A stretch of 64,000 nucleotides of DNA from the human T2T-CHM13v2.0 reference genome, Homo sapiens. This document shows, in pieces, positions 27,426 to 40,989 of the stretch. The number at the start of each line of letters is the position of its first letter. The first letter of the stretch is position 1. The stretch lies in NCBI RefSeq assembly GCF_009914755.1, contig NC_060937.1, one strand, 5' to 3'. The notes beneath the pieces were generated by a model. The model was not told the origin of the DNA and made no database searches. It saw only the letters and a list, made by a program, of their open reading frames with translations. The position numbers were made by a program, and so were the translations under genes.

Positions 27426-30036
27426 GAAAGAAGCTATTGTTCTTACATATGTAGTTATTGGTCATTATAATATATCTTTAGTTTTTCCCTTTATTGCTCT
27501 ATTTTAACTGTATGACAATTAAGTCTGTTGTAGAGAAAAGCAATCTGCTGGTCTCTGAAGTAGAATCAATGTAAGCATGGGTGCCACGCAGGTGGTAGCC
27601 AGTGGCACTTTAGAGACTGCCAATCACTCCTTTTTAACACTCTCAGCTGGGCCCCAAGATAGCCCACTGTCTGTACCTGAGCCCAAAAAGGTCATCATGG
27701 CAGTTAATAACATGGATCACAAATGCATATGATATTATAGAAACTTACAAATCACTGCTTTCTGACTCTAGGTTTTCAGGTAAGTAGCTGAAGGCCAATG
27801 ACACCAAGTGATTTACATTTTGTGTCTTCATTAATTACCAGAAGAGTCATGTACATAAACCTCATCTTTGACTCCTAAATCTCTTGAGTTGCTTTGATGA
27901 AACCCTTCTGTATACTCAATACAGCACTCATATGCATTGAGATAGAGTATTTTATGTGAATATTCTTGTATAGTAAAGGCTTTTTCTATATTTTAATTTT
28001 ATATTATCTGGTAGACAATATATATGCTACAGAATCAATTGGTTAGTTTTTCTTAATGTATAATGGCTTTGAAATAAATAATTTGGAGCTAATGTACCTT
28101 CAAATGTATGCATATTCTATAAACTGTAAATGGCAGAGTAATGACTTTAATTTACATCAAACCATCTGTTATGGGTTTGGTGAACAGATTTTATATTAAC
28201 TGTAGGTTTAGTCAATATTCATTACTTCATGTTATATTTTTCACAATACAGAGTAAACAAAACTATTTTTGAAAATAGCCAAAGGGTACTGAAATTGAAT
28301 CACCTCCTTTTTTTTTATTATCAGTTACTTGTAAAATCTTCAAAAGTTTCTTGTACTGTTTGCTTTTTATGTTTCATGTAATAGGTTTTTCTTGTGGTAG
28401 GAATGATTACAAATTATAAGGTCCTACATATAACTTGTTTGATCTTTGCAGAAAACAAATATATGTGCAAGCGAATTAAATAATGAAAGTGAATACTTGA
28501 ATAATTTAAGTAAATAAAACCGTGGTTTCTATATTTTAGATAACTCTAAAATTATTTTTCAGCTGAAATCATGAGGATAATTATCCCAGTTTTGTGGACC
28601 AGTTTTATGTCTTGACATACACACTAAGGAATATTGTCATTTATTTAAAACTTTTGTAAAAGAACATTGGCTGGGTAGATGAGATGGAGGTTTTTAATAT
28701 TCTCAATATGGCTGAAGCTACAAAGTATCCTTAATATAAACTCTGATGTACTCTAGAAAGCAAAATCTCAGAAATCAGTAATTTTTTAAAAATGTGCATT
28801 TATAGCTGAAATTAATTCATAAATCAGTATCTATTTTGATCATCAAAAATTTATATTTTTGCACATTTTCTCTCAAATTTATGTTTTCTAGTAGATGGAT
28901 ACTATTGGCAAGAACATATTAAAAATTCAATAAAAGCTTAATTCATCTTACTTAGAATTTTAAACATCAGTCTACCCTAACTGTAGTCTTTCTCTACAAT
29001 TAATATTTACTTTTGATGACTACTAGATGTAAATCATGAAAATTTAAGAAAGTATCGCTTTTATGAGTGACAGAAAATACATATCTGAATTTAACTGCTA
29101 TTGTTTCAAAGTACATGTCATCCCTAATTAAGAATATTCAATAGTATTACCTACTTTAGAGTTAAGTTATAGTTAACCCCAAAAGAGCATATTTAGTTTT
29201 TCAGTAGCTAATTAACAACACATCTCTTATTTATTTTTAAATGTTTTATTTTCTGAAAAAAGAATGTGGAATGAGGACCGGGAATTAGATTTCACCCCAG
29301 TAAGCTATTGATCTAGCCCCATATGGGTCAAATTATGTAAAATGCTGCTATTATTATAAAAAAAATGTTAATTATTAGATTTTGAATAGTCTGGGTCTTT
29401 AGTTTGAAGCCATTGTTTTCCTGTTGATGTTGGATGTCCAGGCTGGATGCTGATAGAATGATTGCCCTATTTGACTTGCGAAAATGTGGTCAGAAATAAA
29501 ACTATGACACTTGTCTAAACAAAGCGACTGTCAACTCACATCACAGGCTCCTTCTAAATAAAGGACTCAGTACATGAAATTTGTTTTTCTTTAATGAACC
29601 TAAGCCTTTTCACTGTCATTACTCATTCCTTCTAAAAACAGTAGAAAATCCAATACATTACTCAACTGAGACCGTGCATCTTGAGGTGCATATTTTATTG
29701 ATATAAATAAATTAGATTTTGGCCCTCTCGACTACCAATGTTTTCATTTTATAGAAATTCTGTATATACATTAAATAGTGATAACCTGAGGGTGGATGAG
29801 TGGAAGCCTTTTGGGCCGTCCTTGTTGAAAAATCATGCTCAGTGAGAGATGAATATTGATTTTGCACCATGTACATACACACACATACACACCCATCTAT
29901 ATCAGAAACCATATTATTTTAATAGTCCAGCCTGTTTGTCAGCCTCCATTTATTAAAGATATTGTTCAATATACCCTTATTGCTCAATTACATTATTTTC
30001 CAGGTTAGAGCCCAGCCTTCCCAATACAATTTTACA

Positions 30037-30344
<308 letters not shown>

Positions 30345-31342
30345 AATTATACAATTATTGAAAATAAAGAGTTTTTCTGGTTTATTATGGCATTTCTACT
30401 GGTAGCTATGGTGAATTGGATGTTCATGATAGAATTATGTTTTCAAAAATTCTATGGCCTGAAATGCATGCTGTTTTGACATTTATGCTTCCAAAATATT
30501 TTATACTACTGTAATGTTCCATTTCTAGTTACAGAAAGCAGACAAACCACACACCAAACTGTTCACAGAGTGATTCCTTACATCAAACCCCGACTGTCTT
30601 GTTGGTACAGTAAGCTACTTCTCTTTGTGTCTAGGCTGAAGCACAGCTTTTCAACCAAATGCATGTGTTGGCAGGGAAAACATGTTGGTGAAATTAATGT
30701 TTTAGAATATTCCAAATTTCTATCTAGTCTACATACTCAGTGGATACTTTTTCTATGTGTAATTCTGGGATGACTCTAGTGTAAATTTTCCTGCATAATG
30801 CTATTTCTCTCTATAGCGAAAAAGCCGTGAAATAGTCCATCAGTGGGTAGTGAAGGAATAGATTGGTCAAATTTTCCTTCTTGTAGTTCAAATGAACTAG
30901 AATGTGTTGGCAACGTTTTAATGAAAGGAAAGTTTCCCCGATAGATGTGACACTACTAGAAACTAAAAAACTAATTAAAATAGACTTTTTACAATGTTTA
31001 GTTGGAAAAGATGTTGCTCTTTGGTTAGAAATTTGAAGTAAAATGTTTCTTCTTTTAAGTTTTCCAGTCAATGCACAGGTATATTTTCTCTGCTGTTGCC
31101 CTTAAGTGATAATGTATTATTATGTTACCAACATAAGTTCTCTTCTTAAGATCATTGATTTAATGGAATACTTTAAATACTCACTTTTTTATTCAATGGA
31201 AAAGCAAATTGGCCTTTACTAGGTGTTCATTAATACAAGTTACATAAGACTAAAAACAATGTAGTTAAATTACGGGAGAGAATAAAAAATATATAATGAT
31301 GAAGTTTTTACTTTTAAGAAAAGGGAAATTACGCCACTTTTT

Positions 31343-31481
31343 TTTTTTTTTTCCTTTTTCTGGAGAACGGGGTCTTGCTATATTGCCCAGGCAGGTCTCG
31401 AACTCCTGGGCTCAAGCTATCCTCCCGCCTCTTAGCCTCCCTGAGAGCTGGGATTACAGGCGTGAGCCACCGCGCCCGGCC
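31343..31481 (-). pseudogene. BC200 (BCYRN1) RNA retrocopy
   Basis: Minus strand has BC200 diagnostics CCCAGCTCTCAGGGAGGCTAAGAGGCGGGAGGATAGC and CCCCGTTCTCCAGAAAAAGG; 16-bp perfect TSD AATTACGCCACTTTTT. Confidence 0.93.
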
Positions 31482-31930
31482 AATTACGCCACTTTTTAAT
31501 GACCAATTGTAATTCAAAAATATCAGAAAGAGAGACTTTAGAATCAATTGTATTTACCACTTGTCACTTACAGGAACAACATAAGGACTATAAATTCAAA
31601 GGTAGAAGTATTCAACCCATCTAGCTTTTCTGTGCATATAAAACACTATATATAAGGTAGTATTCATATTTACACTTACAAAACATGCTATTTTCATGGT
31701 CACATGAGATAACTCCTAATTTGGACAGAATTTGAAATTGGATTTAAGACATTTAAAGTGATGTTGTCTCTGTCAAGGGTTTTTCTATGTAGTCACTGAC
31801 TTCATTTCTCTCAATAGGACAAGACATTTGAAATAAGAGAAAAGAAGAGAGAGATGAAAACTTCCTTCAGAATTTTAAAATGTATGTGTTAGTACTCAAA
31901 TGAATAATATTTTAAATTAACTTTAGTCTG

Positions 31931-32196
31931 CATGCCTTTAATCCCAGCACTTTGGGAGGCCAAGGTGGGCAGATCACCTGAGGTCAATGGTTCAAGACCA
32001 GCCTGGCCAACATGGTGAAACCCCATCTCTACTAAAAATACAAAAATTAGCCAGGAGTAGTGGCTCACGCCTGTAGTCCCAGCTACTCAGGAGGCTGAGG
32101 CAGGAGAATCGCTTGAACCTGGGAGGTGAAGGTTGCAATGATCCGAGATAACACCACTGCACTATAGCCTGGGCACAGAGCGAGACTCACTGACTC

Positions 32197-32220
<24 letters not shown>
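31931..32220 (+). mobile_element. AluS, slightly 5' truncated
   Basis: Dimeric Alu with A24 tail; TSD AACTT(T/G)AGTCTG. Confidence 0.93.
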
Positions 32221-32229
<9 letters not shown>

Positions 32230-33510
32230 TGAGTCTGATTGTTTTTATAAGAATCATAAATGTTCCTGTAAAAGGTTTCTATTGAAAGACAATGTTAAGG
32301 CACATATGTAATAGTTTACCACATTATTTCAGCCTTCGAATTTATGTGTTTATTACAAATAGATTGTATTTGGAATATCTAGTTAATATATTTTTCCACA
32401 TGTGCATAATAAGTGGTAGTTTAAAAAAGTTAAAAATAGTCATATCGATGCATAGATTTTTACAAAATTAAAATTTTAATCTGAAACTTTATTTTAAATT
32501 TACATAATTATCTTGTTTTAATTGAGCTAAATTTTGTATAAAAATAGGGATAGAGTATGTACAAGGAAGATATTTGTGGAAGAAGTTTATTTTAAAAATT
32601 TCCATGTTATTGAAGTTTCCTGTTTTGAGAGTAGATACGTGTTATCTATAAATCATTATTTTGGTACAGTTACCTGGCACTGAATTCGGTCTATATTTCT
32701 GTAATAAATTTTACACAATTATATTCATATTTTTTGATTCCCAATGATGCTGCTTCTTGATACAGCTGACCTCTGAAATTCCCAATGTTAAAAGGTGGAA
32801 GTTGTTGGGAAACTCAGAGGTGTGTAACTTCCAGCAAATAATTACACTTGATTCTATTTAGATTTAGGCCCAGTTAGCCACTGGGGATCCATCTTGAAGG
32901 ATAGGCTCTTTCAGGTTAATATTTCTTCACATTTGGAAGCTGCTAAGAAAAGTATGGAGAATTCTATCCTCACCTTGACAAAGTATTTCCACTTTTGTTA
33001 GTGTTCCATTGGTTTCTACATAAAATTGATGTAATAAATGATTCATTTTGCTGACATGTATGTTTGAAAATGAGTGGATTAAGGCATTAGTAGCTTTGTC
33101 AGAGCATCACTTCAGTTGAAATAAACAAATCTCAATTTTCATCATTGTTTACTTATCAACTGAAAGATTCTTTCACCTAAAGTACAAGATTGTTTAGAAC
33201 ATACAATCATTTTACTCTCCCAGATTTTCTAGTTAATTTTCAAAATATACCTCCATTGTATTCTGAGGTTAACTCCCAATAGATCTCTAAACCTCAATTT
33301 TTTCTAAACTTTCTGTCTCTATGAATGCCTAAAATAGTTAGGTGATTCCTACCTATTTTAAACTCTGTTCTCATTTTTTCCCCATCTCAAAAGCCAGCTT
33401 TTGTTTCTGAAATGGCATAATTTGATTATATTTTTAAACTGTTACATGTATAATTATTTTCTACAAATAGAATTAACATTTATTTTTGTGTATAATTTAT
33501 GTGCCACGCA

Positions 33511-36500
33511 TTTTTTTTCAACTTTTATTTTAGACTCATGGGGTTCACATGCAGGTTTTTTACCTGCATGTACTGTGTGTTGCTGAGGTTTGGGGTATGA
33601 GTGATTCCTTCATATGGGTACTGGGCATAATACCTAATAGGTGGTTTTTCTGACCCTTGCCCACCTCCCTCCCTCTCTCCTCTAGTAGTCCCCAGTTTCT
33701 ATTGTTGCCATCTTTATGTCCATGAGTACCCAATGTTTACTTCCCACTTATAACTGAGAATATGTAGTATTTGGTTTTCTGTCCCTGTGTTAATTCATTT
33801 AGGATAATGACCTCCAGTTGCATCTATGTTGCTGCAAAGGACAGGATTTTATTCTTTTGTATGGCTGCATAGTATTCCATGGTGTATATGTACCACATTT
33901 TCTTTATATAGTCTACCATTGATGGGCATCTAGTTTGATTACATGTCTTTATATTGTGAACAGTGCTGCAATGAACTTGAGTGTGCATGCGTCTTTTTAG
34001 CAGGAAGATTTGTTTTCCTCTGTATATATACGCAGTAATGGGATTACTAGGTAAATTGTAGCTCTGTTTTAAGTTCTTTAAGAAATCTCCAAACTGCTTT
34101 CCACAGTGGTTGAACTAATTTACACTCACACCAAAAGTGTGTCAGTGTTCCCTTTGCTCTGCAACCTCACCAGCAGCTATTGCATTTTTTATTTTTTCCT
34201 AATAATTATTCTGACTGGTGTGAGATGGTATCTCGCTGTGGTTTTGATTTGCATTTCTCTAGTTATTAGTAATGTTGAGCATTTTTCATATGGATAGAGG
34301 ACACTTGTATGTCTTTTGAGAAATGTCTGTTCATGTCTTTTGTCCACTTATTTTTAAAATTTTAATTTCTGGGGTACATGTGGAGGATGTGCAGGTTTGT
34401 TACATAAGTAAATGTGTCATGATGGTTTGCTGCACCTATCAATCCATCACCTAGGTATTAAGCCCGGCATGCATTAGCTATCTTTCCTGATGCTCTCCCC
34501 CTCCGCTCCCCTCCCCTCCCCCAACAGGCCCTAATGTGTGTTGTTCCCCTCCCTGTGTCCACGTGTTCTCACTGTTCAGCTCCCGCTTATGAGTGAGAAC
34601 ATGCGGCATTTGATTTTCTGTTCCTGCATTAGTTTGCTGAGGATAATTGCCCATTTCTCAATGGGTTTATTGTGTTTTTCTTGTTCAATTGTTTAAGTTT
34701 CTTATAGATTCTGAATATTAGACCTTTGCCAGATGCATAGTTTGTAAATATTTTTCCCATTCTGTAGGTTGTCTGTTTACTCTGTTGATAGTTTCCTTTG
34801 CTGTGCAATAGTTTTTTTAGTTTAGTTAGGTCTCACTTGTTAATTTGTTTTTGTTGGAATTGCTTTTGAGGACTTAGTAATACAATTTTTTCCTAAGGCC
34901 TGTGGACAGAATGGTGTTTCCTAGGTTTTCTTCTAGGATTCTTATAGTTTAAGGTCTACATTTAAATATTTAATCGATCTTGTGCTCATTTTTGTATATG
35001 GTGAAAGTTAGGGGACCAGTTTCATTCTCCTGCATGTGGCTAGCTATTTATCCCAGTATCATTTATTGAATAGGGAATCATTTATTCGTTTCTTATTTTG
35101 TTTACTGTCGAAGATCAGATGGCTATAGGTGTGTGACTTTATTTCTGGGTTCCCTATTCTGTTCCAATGGTCTATGTGTCTGTTTCTGTATGAGTATTAT
35201 GCTGTTTTGGTTACTGTAGCCTTGTAGCATAGTTTGTAGTATAGTTTTTCCTTAGATGTCTTGTCAGATAACATGATGCCTCCAGCTTTGTTCTTGAAGT
35301 TTAGAATTGCTTTAGCAATTTGGGCTCTTTTTTGTTTCTAAATGAATTTTAGAATAGTTTTTTTCTAGTTCTGTGAAAAATAAAATTAGTAATTTTATAG
35401 GAATAACATTGAATCTGTAGATTGCTTTGGGTAGTATGGCCATTTTAATAATACTGATTCTTTTGATCCATGAACTTGGAATGTTTTTTCATTTCTTTGT
35501 GTAATCTGTGATTACTTTTAGCTGTTTTGTAGTTCTCTTTATAGACATCTTTCACTTCTTTAGTTACATGAATTACTAAGTATTTTATTTTATTTTGGCT
35601 ATTTAAATGGGATTGCATTCTTGATTTGGCTCTCAGTTTGAACATTATTGGTGTATAGAAATGGTATTGATTTTTGTACATTGATTTTGTATCCTGAAAT
35701 TTTATATTATTTGTTATTTATCAGTGCCAAGAGCCTTTTGGCTGAGTCTTTAGGGTCTCCTAGGGATAGGACAATATTATCCATGAAGAGAGATAGTTTG
35801 GCTTCTTCTTTTTTTGTTTTGATGCCTTTTATTTCTTGCTCTTGCCTGATTTGTCTAGCTAGCATTTCCAGCATGATGTTGAATAGTAGTGGTGAGGGTG
35901 GACATCCTTCACTTATTCTAGTTCTCAAGGAGAATGCTTCCAGTTTTTGACCATTCATTATTATATTGGCTGTAGGTTTGGCATTGATGGTTCTTATTGT
36001 TTTGAAGTATATTCCTTAGATGACTACCTTCGGGGGGTCGGGGGGCTGTTAATCATGAAGGGATGTTAGATTTTATTGAAAGCTTTTTCCATGTCTATTG
36101 AGATAGTCATATGGTTTTTGTTTTTAGTTCTCCTTGTGTTATGAATTACATTTATTGATTTGTATATGTTGAACCAACCTTGCATCCCAGGAATGAAGCC
36201 TACCTAATCATGGGGAATTAACTGTTTGATATGCTGTTGAATGCAGTTTGCTAGTATTGTGTTGAGGGTATTTGCATCCATATTCATCAGGGATGTTGGT
36301 CCATAGTTTTTGTTTTTCTTTTTCTTTCTCATTGCGTCCTAGCCAGGTTTTGGCATTAGAGTGATGCCACCTTTGAATAATGAGTAAGGGAGGAGTCCCT
36401 CCTTCTTGATTTTTGGAATAATTTCAGTAGGATTGGTACCAGTTCTTCTTTGTACATCTGGTGGAAATGGGCTGTAAAGCCGTCTAGTCTGCAGCTTATT

Positions 36501-36965
36501 TTGGTTGGTAGGATTTTAATGACTGATTCAATTTCAGAACATGATATTGGTCTGTTCAGGGTTTCATTTTCTTTCTAATTCAATCTTGTGAGATTGTGTG
36601 TTTCAAGGAATTTATTCATTTCCTCTGAATTTTCCAGTTTGTTGTCATAATAGTCCCTGAGGATCTTTTGTATTTCTGCGGTATCAACTGTAATGCTACT
36701 TTTGTCATCTATGATTGTGCTTATTTGGATCTTCACTCTATTTTTCTTTGTTAAAAATCTAGCTAGCAGTCTATTCAATTGTGTTTATCCTTACAGAGAA
36801 GCAACTTTTGTTTCCACTGATTACTTCTGTATGAATGTTGGGGTCTCAATTTCATACAGTCCTGCTCTAATTTTAGTTATTTATTTTTTTCTGTGAGCTT
36901 TGTGGTTAATTTGTTCTTGTTTTTTTAGTTCCTCTAGATGTGATGTTAGATTGTAAATTTGAGAT
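33511..36965 (-). mobile_element. 5'-truncated older primate L1 (L1PA15/16-like)
   Basis: 3' UTR at left; ORF2 remnants [54 protein letters not shown]. Confidence 0.93.
34351..34646 (-). mobile_element. Short L1PA (8-11-like) 3' end nested in the older L1
   Basis: A second L1 3' UTR (GGGTACATGTG..GCAGGTTTGTTACATA) interrupts ORF2, which resumes at TTGCCCATTT. Confidence 0.85.
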
Positions 36966-37811
36966 TTATGAAGAAAATTTTCTTCTAGATAGTTTTGAAT
37001 AGAAATCTGTACTCAATGAATATTTTTCTTATTGGTTGGGAGGTATTCATTGAAGTTATGTTGTAACACTGACTTTTTAAGGGACCCCAAAGAGATTTGA
37101 AATAGACATGTTAGGAAATATAGGATCCTCTGGAGGAAATATTTTACAATAAAAATGTGCAGAAATAAAAAGAAATACATGATTAAATGCCACCAATAGT
37201 GTATAGTTAGTGAGTTTAGGCCTGACTTTCCTCTCCAGAAAAACTATCAAGTGATAATAATTATCTTAAGTTTAGCATTATTAGACAGGCCCAAGGATTT
37301 ATAAATCATTTTTGTAAAAAATTCACTTGAAGAAAATGACATAAGGTTTTAATACAAAGATACCTATATGTTGATTGACCACATTGTGTAGGCAATAAAT
37401 TCACATTTAAAGTTTCATTCTATTTGTTGATTTAAATTAAACTATTTTATTTGAATTGATATGAGAAATCAGAAACTAAACATACTTTGTCAAAATTAGT
37501 AAGGGCTGCATGATCTTTTCCAAAAGCTTTTTAAAACTTATATTTACTAATATTCAATGTGTTTCCAACAAAAATAATAATGATATATGCTTAAGGAATA
37601 AAACCCTGAAACTGAATATTAAACTACATATTTAAAACAAAAATGTATTTATTTCTTATCTCCAATATATAACTACTATTAGCTTGCTGGTTTATGTGTT
37701 CTAGTTTCTTTTATTATTCTGTGGTGGTAGTAGTGGGTCATTTTTATCTCTCTTTCTCTCTATATTTCCCTCTTTTGCAATTTATTTTCTCATGTTAACA
37801 AGTGGTTTTTT

Positions 37812-37952
37812 AGCTGGGTGTGGTGGCACATGCCTGTAGTCTCAGCTACTCAGGAGGCTGAAGCAGCAGGGTCACTTGAGCCCAGGAGGTTGAGGGTACA
37901 GTGAACTGTGATTGTGCCACTGCACTCCAGCCCGGGCAACAACAACAAAAAC
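37812..37952 (+). mobile_element. Alu right monomer (FRAM/AluJ fragment)
   Basis: GCTGGGTGTGGTGGCAC...CACTGCACTCCAGCC. Confidence 0.85.
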
Positions 37953-40900
37953 AAAGTGTTTTAGCAAAATCCACTTTATTGGCTGCATGGTACTTTTATT
38001 CTACTATAAAGAATGCAATAAATTTACTTGTTGCAACATCCTTACACTTGTACCTGAATATTTCTTTAAAATGATGTTAATAGCACACATTGTTGACTTT
38101 CAGAAGTTTTTATTTTTAAATGACCATATGTATGCTATCTAACTAAATGTGTTATAATTTTTTAATATCCAGTTTTAATCCCACTCAGATTCTTTTGGCA
38201 CTTCAGAATGAGATAACTAAATTTTTGTTTTATAGATATTTGACATTGTATAAAATGTTATGATATTTGCTCTTATATAGTATACCATAATTTTATACCA
38301 CCTCTCTATTGTAATTATTCTTGGTTTATATCCGGACATTTACAATAATCAAAAACAAAGTAACCATCAACCTTCATTTTTTTCTTCACGTTTCACAAAT
38401 TCCTATAGTGGATATTGATATAAGCTATTTAAATTATTTTTGAACACCAAAGACAATTATTGATTTCTTCATTAAGAGCTGTACTAAAATACTTAGATCC
38501 CAGTTTCTACATAAAAAGTATCACATCTTTTTGCATTGTTATGCTTGGTATGGAGTAGTGGAAGTTTCAAGGAGAAAATAATGCCAAGTACATCTTTAGA
38601 ACATCAGTACAATTAAAATCTTGAGAACAGCGGTATTCTCTCAGCTAGTGATACCAGTCATCCTTGAGTCATTTCAAAGAGCACAATTAATCCTGAGTTA
38701 TGTTTGCTGTTTACATTATTTATTAAACAACATCATGTCCTGGGATTTATGTAATTGATTTACATCTGTTTCATCAACACAGGGTGCTCAGTATGCAACA
38801 AGGGGTGTGAGCTGTCAGAGACAGAGGGTGACTTTGCCAGATCTGGAGGGTGAAATCTAAGGAAGAGAAACTCTACTCCTAATGACATAAGGTGAAGCCA
38901 GTGGTGCTCTGAGATTCCATCTGTTTTGACCAATATTCACTATACTAGCTCTCCAAGCTCTCTCCTAAACTTCTTCCCTCCACCCTATCCTTGTGACTAC
39001 AATGCCCCCTCCACACCTCGGAGCAAGGGATTCAGGATTGTTTTCTCTATACACTTAGCTGAAAAAGAGTGGTTGCCTCTCTCAAAAATCCATGAACCAG
39101 CTCACCTATCTACTACCATTGATACCCAAAGCCCCCACAGAGCTGGGCACAGCTAATTGCAAAGCAGCAATGGAAACATTAACTTTACCTTGATTACTTA
39201 ATTACTAAATTTTTTCACCTTCACCATATTCTACTGGATAAGCCTAAATCACAAGTTCCCCACATATTCAAGAGGAGGGGTTTGTACAGGTTGTGAACAG
39301 AAAGTGACTGAAAATCATGGGGCCACTCTGGCTAAGTGTCATGGCTTCAGAGATAGCCTCAAGTTTCCAACCATGCTAAAAGGTTCATGTCAAGTGCCAC
39401 CTTCTCTCTCAAGACTTTCCTGGAAGCTCACTCCTACTTGAGTGTGCTCTACTTACCACTGCCATCAGAGCTTGTCCATATGCTTGCCATTTGCTTTCAC
39501 CATTTCATTATAATTATGTTTTCTTTTATATTTCTCTAGTCATTCTAGACTATGAGTTATTAAATAGAATTTATTTCTTTTTCATCATTTTACTTAGACA
39601 GACTAGTCCACCAGATGCTCGGTAAGTCTGCCTGGTTCTTTCCGACTTGCCTACAGCTTGAAATTCTATGCTGTAAATGGCTAATGGAAAGCCAGTATGT
39701 GGTAAGAAGAGGTTAGAGATCTGTTTGGAATTTTTTCTCCTTTCAAACAGTCTTTACCAGCCAGGTATTGAAGGGCTAGCTAGTCCAGCATTTGACTAGA
39801 CACAATGCAATTAGCCATCTTCTAATTTTGTCTCCAATATGTCGGCAAGAGGGACTAACCTCTTTCTTGAATCATCTGAGGTAGAATTTTCAGCAGCCTT
39901 AATATAAATAACCATTATCAACATATCTTTTAGATTCGTCTTTCTCACTTCACCTCCTCAGTCCTATTGTCATCCAAGCATTCGGGCTGACAGATCTGAG
40001 AAAACTCCACAAAGGTTACATCTAAACCAGAAAACTTGTCAGGATATTTAAAAAAAACAATGCAGCTAACTACCTTATGAATAGCACGCACAAGAACTAA
40101 GAAGAACTTCCATCTTTGAATTTCTTTTTTCTTTCTTCCAGAACTATTGAGCTTTAATACCCAGAACTACAATCAGGTTCCGGAGTGAGGAGACAGACTT
40201 GGTCAAGGTAAGCTTCAGCACATGTAACAGCTGCTCAGCTTCATGACTGACAGCAAGATGCAGACATCCGTCAACTATGCAGATCTAATTTAGACTGAGG
40301 GGGTTAACCTAGGAAAATGCTAACATTCTGTACAATTAAATGAACACTCCATGGGTTTTGTTGTTTTTAAATGAAATTTCTTGTGCTTGTCCATGAGACC
40401 ATAAAATGTGGAACAGTGCTGGAGGCCTCTGCTATTTTTATCTGAAGTGTGTAGAAAGCATGATTTTTTTTTTTTTTAAAGAAAATGTCATTTCGGTGAT
40501 GTGTTGCTTGCTGCTAGCACATGCACCAAGGTGACTTTTAGAGCAGTACTTTGCAGTTCCCAGACAATTCTGAAATTCAGGGTTTTCAGCATCCTGAAAG
40601 AGGCTTGATGATTAGAAGAATGTTTTTGCAGCTGGTAGACAGCACGGCATTTTTCATTTACATAATCACAATTATATTCTTTAAAGTAATATCTGCTTAG
40701 CAAAGCCTGTATCTCTGTGTATGTATCAATAAAACAGTGTGTAACTTTGAGAAACGCATAAAGTGAAATAGGATCCCAAAATCTGAACACAGGGATATTG
40801 AAATGATGACATTTGTTTTGGGATGAGACTGATCACTTCCAAGCAGTACAAGTTCAGTTCCATCTGTGTCAGAAAATCAAACTTAGATTATTTTTAGGTT

Positions 40901-40989
40901 TGAAAAGAGATGGGATATTTCAGCCTGATAATTATATTTGATATATCAAATGTGTTTACTAATATTTCAAATATGACTAATTTCAAATA

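Noticed and set aside
31343-31481. The BCYRN1 gene itself
   Set aside because: Lacks the C-rich 3' domain and is flanked by a fresh TSD, so it is a retrocopy
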